The notes below the pieces were generated by a model, which was not told the DNA's origin, searched no databases, and worked only from the letters and a program-made list of their open reading frames with translations. Shown in pieces: positions 63,418-64,000 of a stretch of 64,000 nucleotides of DNA (position 1 is the stretch's first letter; every line of letters starts with the position of its first letter). The stretch comes from Acidimicrobiia bacterium (GTDB taxonomy: Bacteria; Actinomycetota; Acidimicrobiia; Acidimicrobiales; JANYDT01), in the NCBI GenBank assembly GCA_031368215.1, contig JANLRD010000086.1:16-64015 (forward strand). Reading direction: 5' to 3'. A program made the translations under genes and the position numbers.

Positions 63418-64000
63418 CTACGCCTTTGCGACGTGAACGGCCAGAAGGCCGTCGTCGTCGCCGACAGCAGTCGCACTTTCGGTTTCAACGGGTCCGACGA
63501 CGACGGAGAACGACGTGGCCAACACCTCGCCGACGATCAGCGATTCATGGGTTCGGAGCGCCCCGGCAAGAACAGGGTCGGACGTGGTCAGGGTGAGCGC
63601 GATGCGATCGCTGATGTGGAGCCCGCCGTCCTTGCGTGCCTGCTGCACGACCCGTACAGCATCACGGGCGAGTCCCTCGGCGACGAGCTCCTCCGTGAGG
63701 TCGGTGTCGAGCACCACGACCCCGGAGTTGCGCGGGAGCGCGGCCGAACGGTCCGGGTCGGCGGCCACCAGCTTCAGGGAATACTCACCGTCTTGGAGAT
63801 CGACGCCGGCCGCGGTCACCACCCCGGTGGACGGGTCCTGCCTCCACTCGCCCTTTTTCACCGCGCCGATGATCTGCTGGACGGCCTTGCCGATGCGCGG
63901 CCCGAGAGCCCCTGGCACGACCTGGAGCTCGAACCGGCCGGCTGCAGCGAGATCACCCGAGAGCACGACCGACTTCACGTTCAGCTCGTCGGCGATGATC
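63418..64000 (-). CDS. ileS: Isoleucine--tRNA ligase, C-terminal part (gene continues beyond window end)
   Basis: The minus strand at the window edge reads IIADELNVKSVVLSGD..., followed by EGLARDAVRVVQQARKDGGLHISDRIAL. This is the C-terminal region of actinobacterial-type IleRS. Confidence 0.85.
   Translation of the reverse strand, partial: IIADELNVKSVVLSGDLAAAGRFELQVVPGALGPRIGKAVQQIIGAVKKGEWRQDPSTGVVTAAGVDLQDGEYSLKLVAADPDRSAALPRNSGVVVLDTDLTEELVAEGLARDAVRVVQQARKDGGLHISDRIALTLTTSDPVLAGALRTHESLIVGEVLATSFSVVVGPVETESATAVGDDDGLLAVHVAKA

Overview
This is a visibly GC-rich, densely coding chromosomal segment of actinobacterial type. It holds about 60 protein genes, many joined by 4-nt ATGA/GTGA start-stop overlaps. 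The ORF track also contains many long spurious antisense ORFs. The backbone is the conserved actinobacterial core block dapA-rnj-(rhomboid-like)-ftsK ... rimO-pgsA ... cinA ... recA ... miaB ... dtd ... tdk ... ileS. Interleaved with it are an ECF sigma/anti-sigma pair beside a divergent secreted Cys-repeat protein, YcnI, and a DsbB-like/thioredoxin-like pair. There is also a sugar ABC transporter with an embedded FGGY kinase, the cbs-metB transsulfuration pair, an SbtA-like permease, a cobalamin-riboswitch-controlled ABC uptake operon and efeUOB. The remaining modules are two paralogous tyrosine-phosphatase-family genes, MarR and RpiR regulators, a GGDEF protein and an orphan molybdo-hydroxylase large subunit. 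I recognised no rRNA, tRNA, CRISPR array, transposase, integrase or phage gene. The most unusual content is non-coding. (1) A phased 21-bp repeat module built from one motif (GATGTGCGGCAG) in both orientations is present on both sides of one phosphatase gene, and one arm is amplified to 9.6 tandem units. (2) A 67-nt double-hairpin element (core TTGCCCCCATATATGGGGGCAA) occurs three times, and two copies form inverted ends around a 2.2-kb segment. (3) The dapA translation-initiation region is tandemly triplicated, creating a coupled leader ORF. Protein-level oddities are a rhomboid homologue lacking the catalytic Ser/His, a stand-alone C-terminal half of a CCA-adding enzyme, a signal-peptide-less BtuF-like protein inside the B12 operon, and a decayed OmpA-like domain behind a coiled-coil/HhH membrane protein. 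All calls come from reading the sequence and the ORF translations and from remembered family motifs. No search or computation was run.
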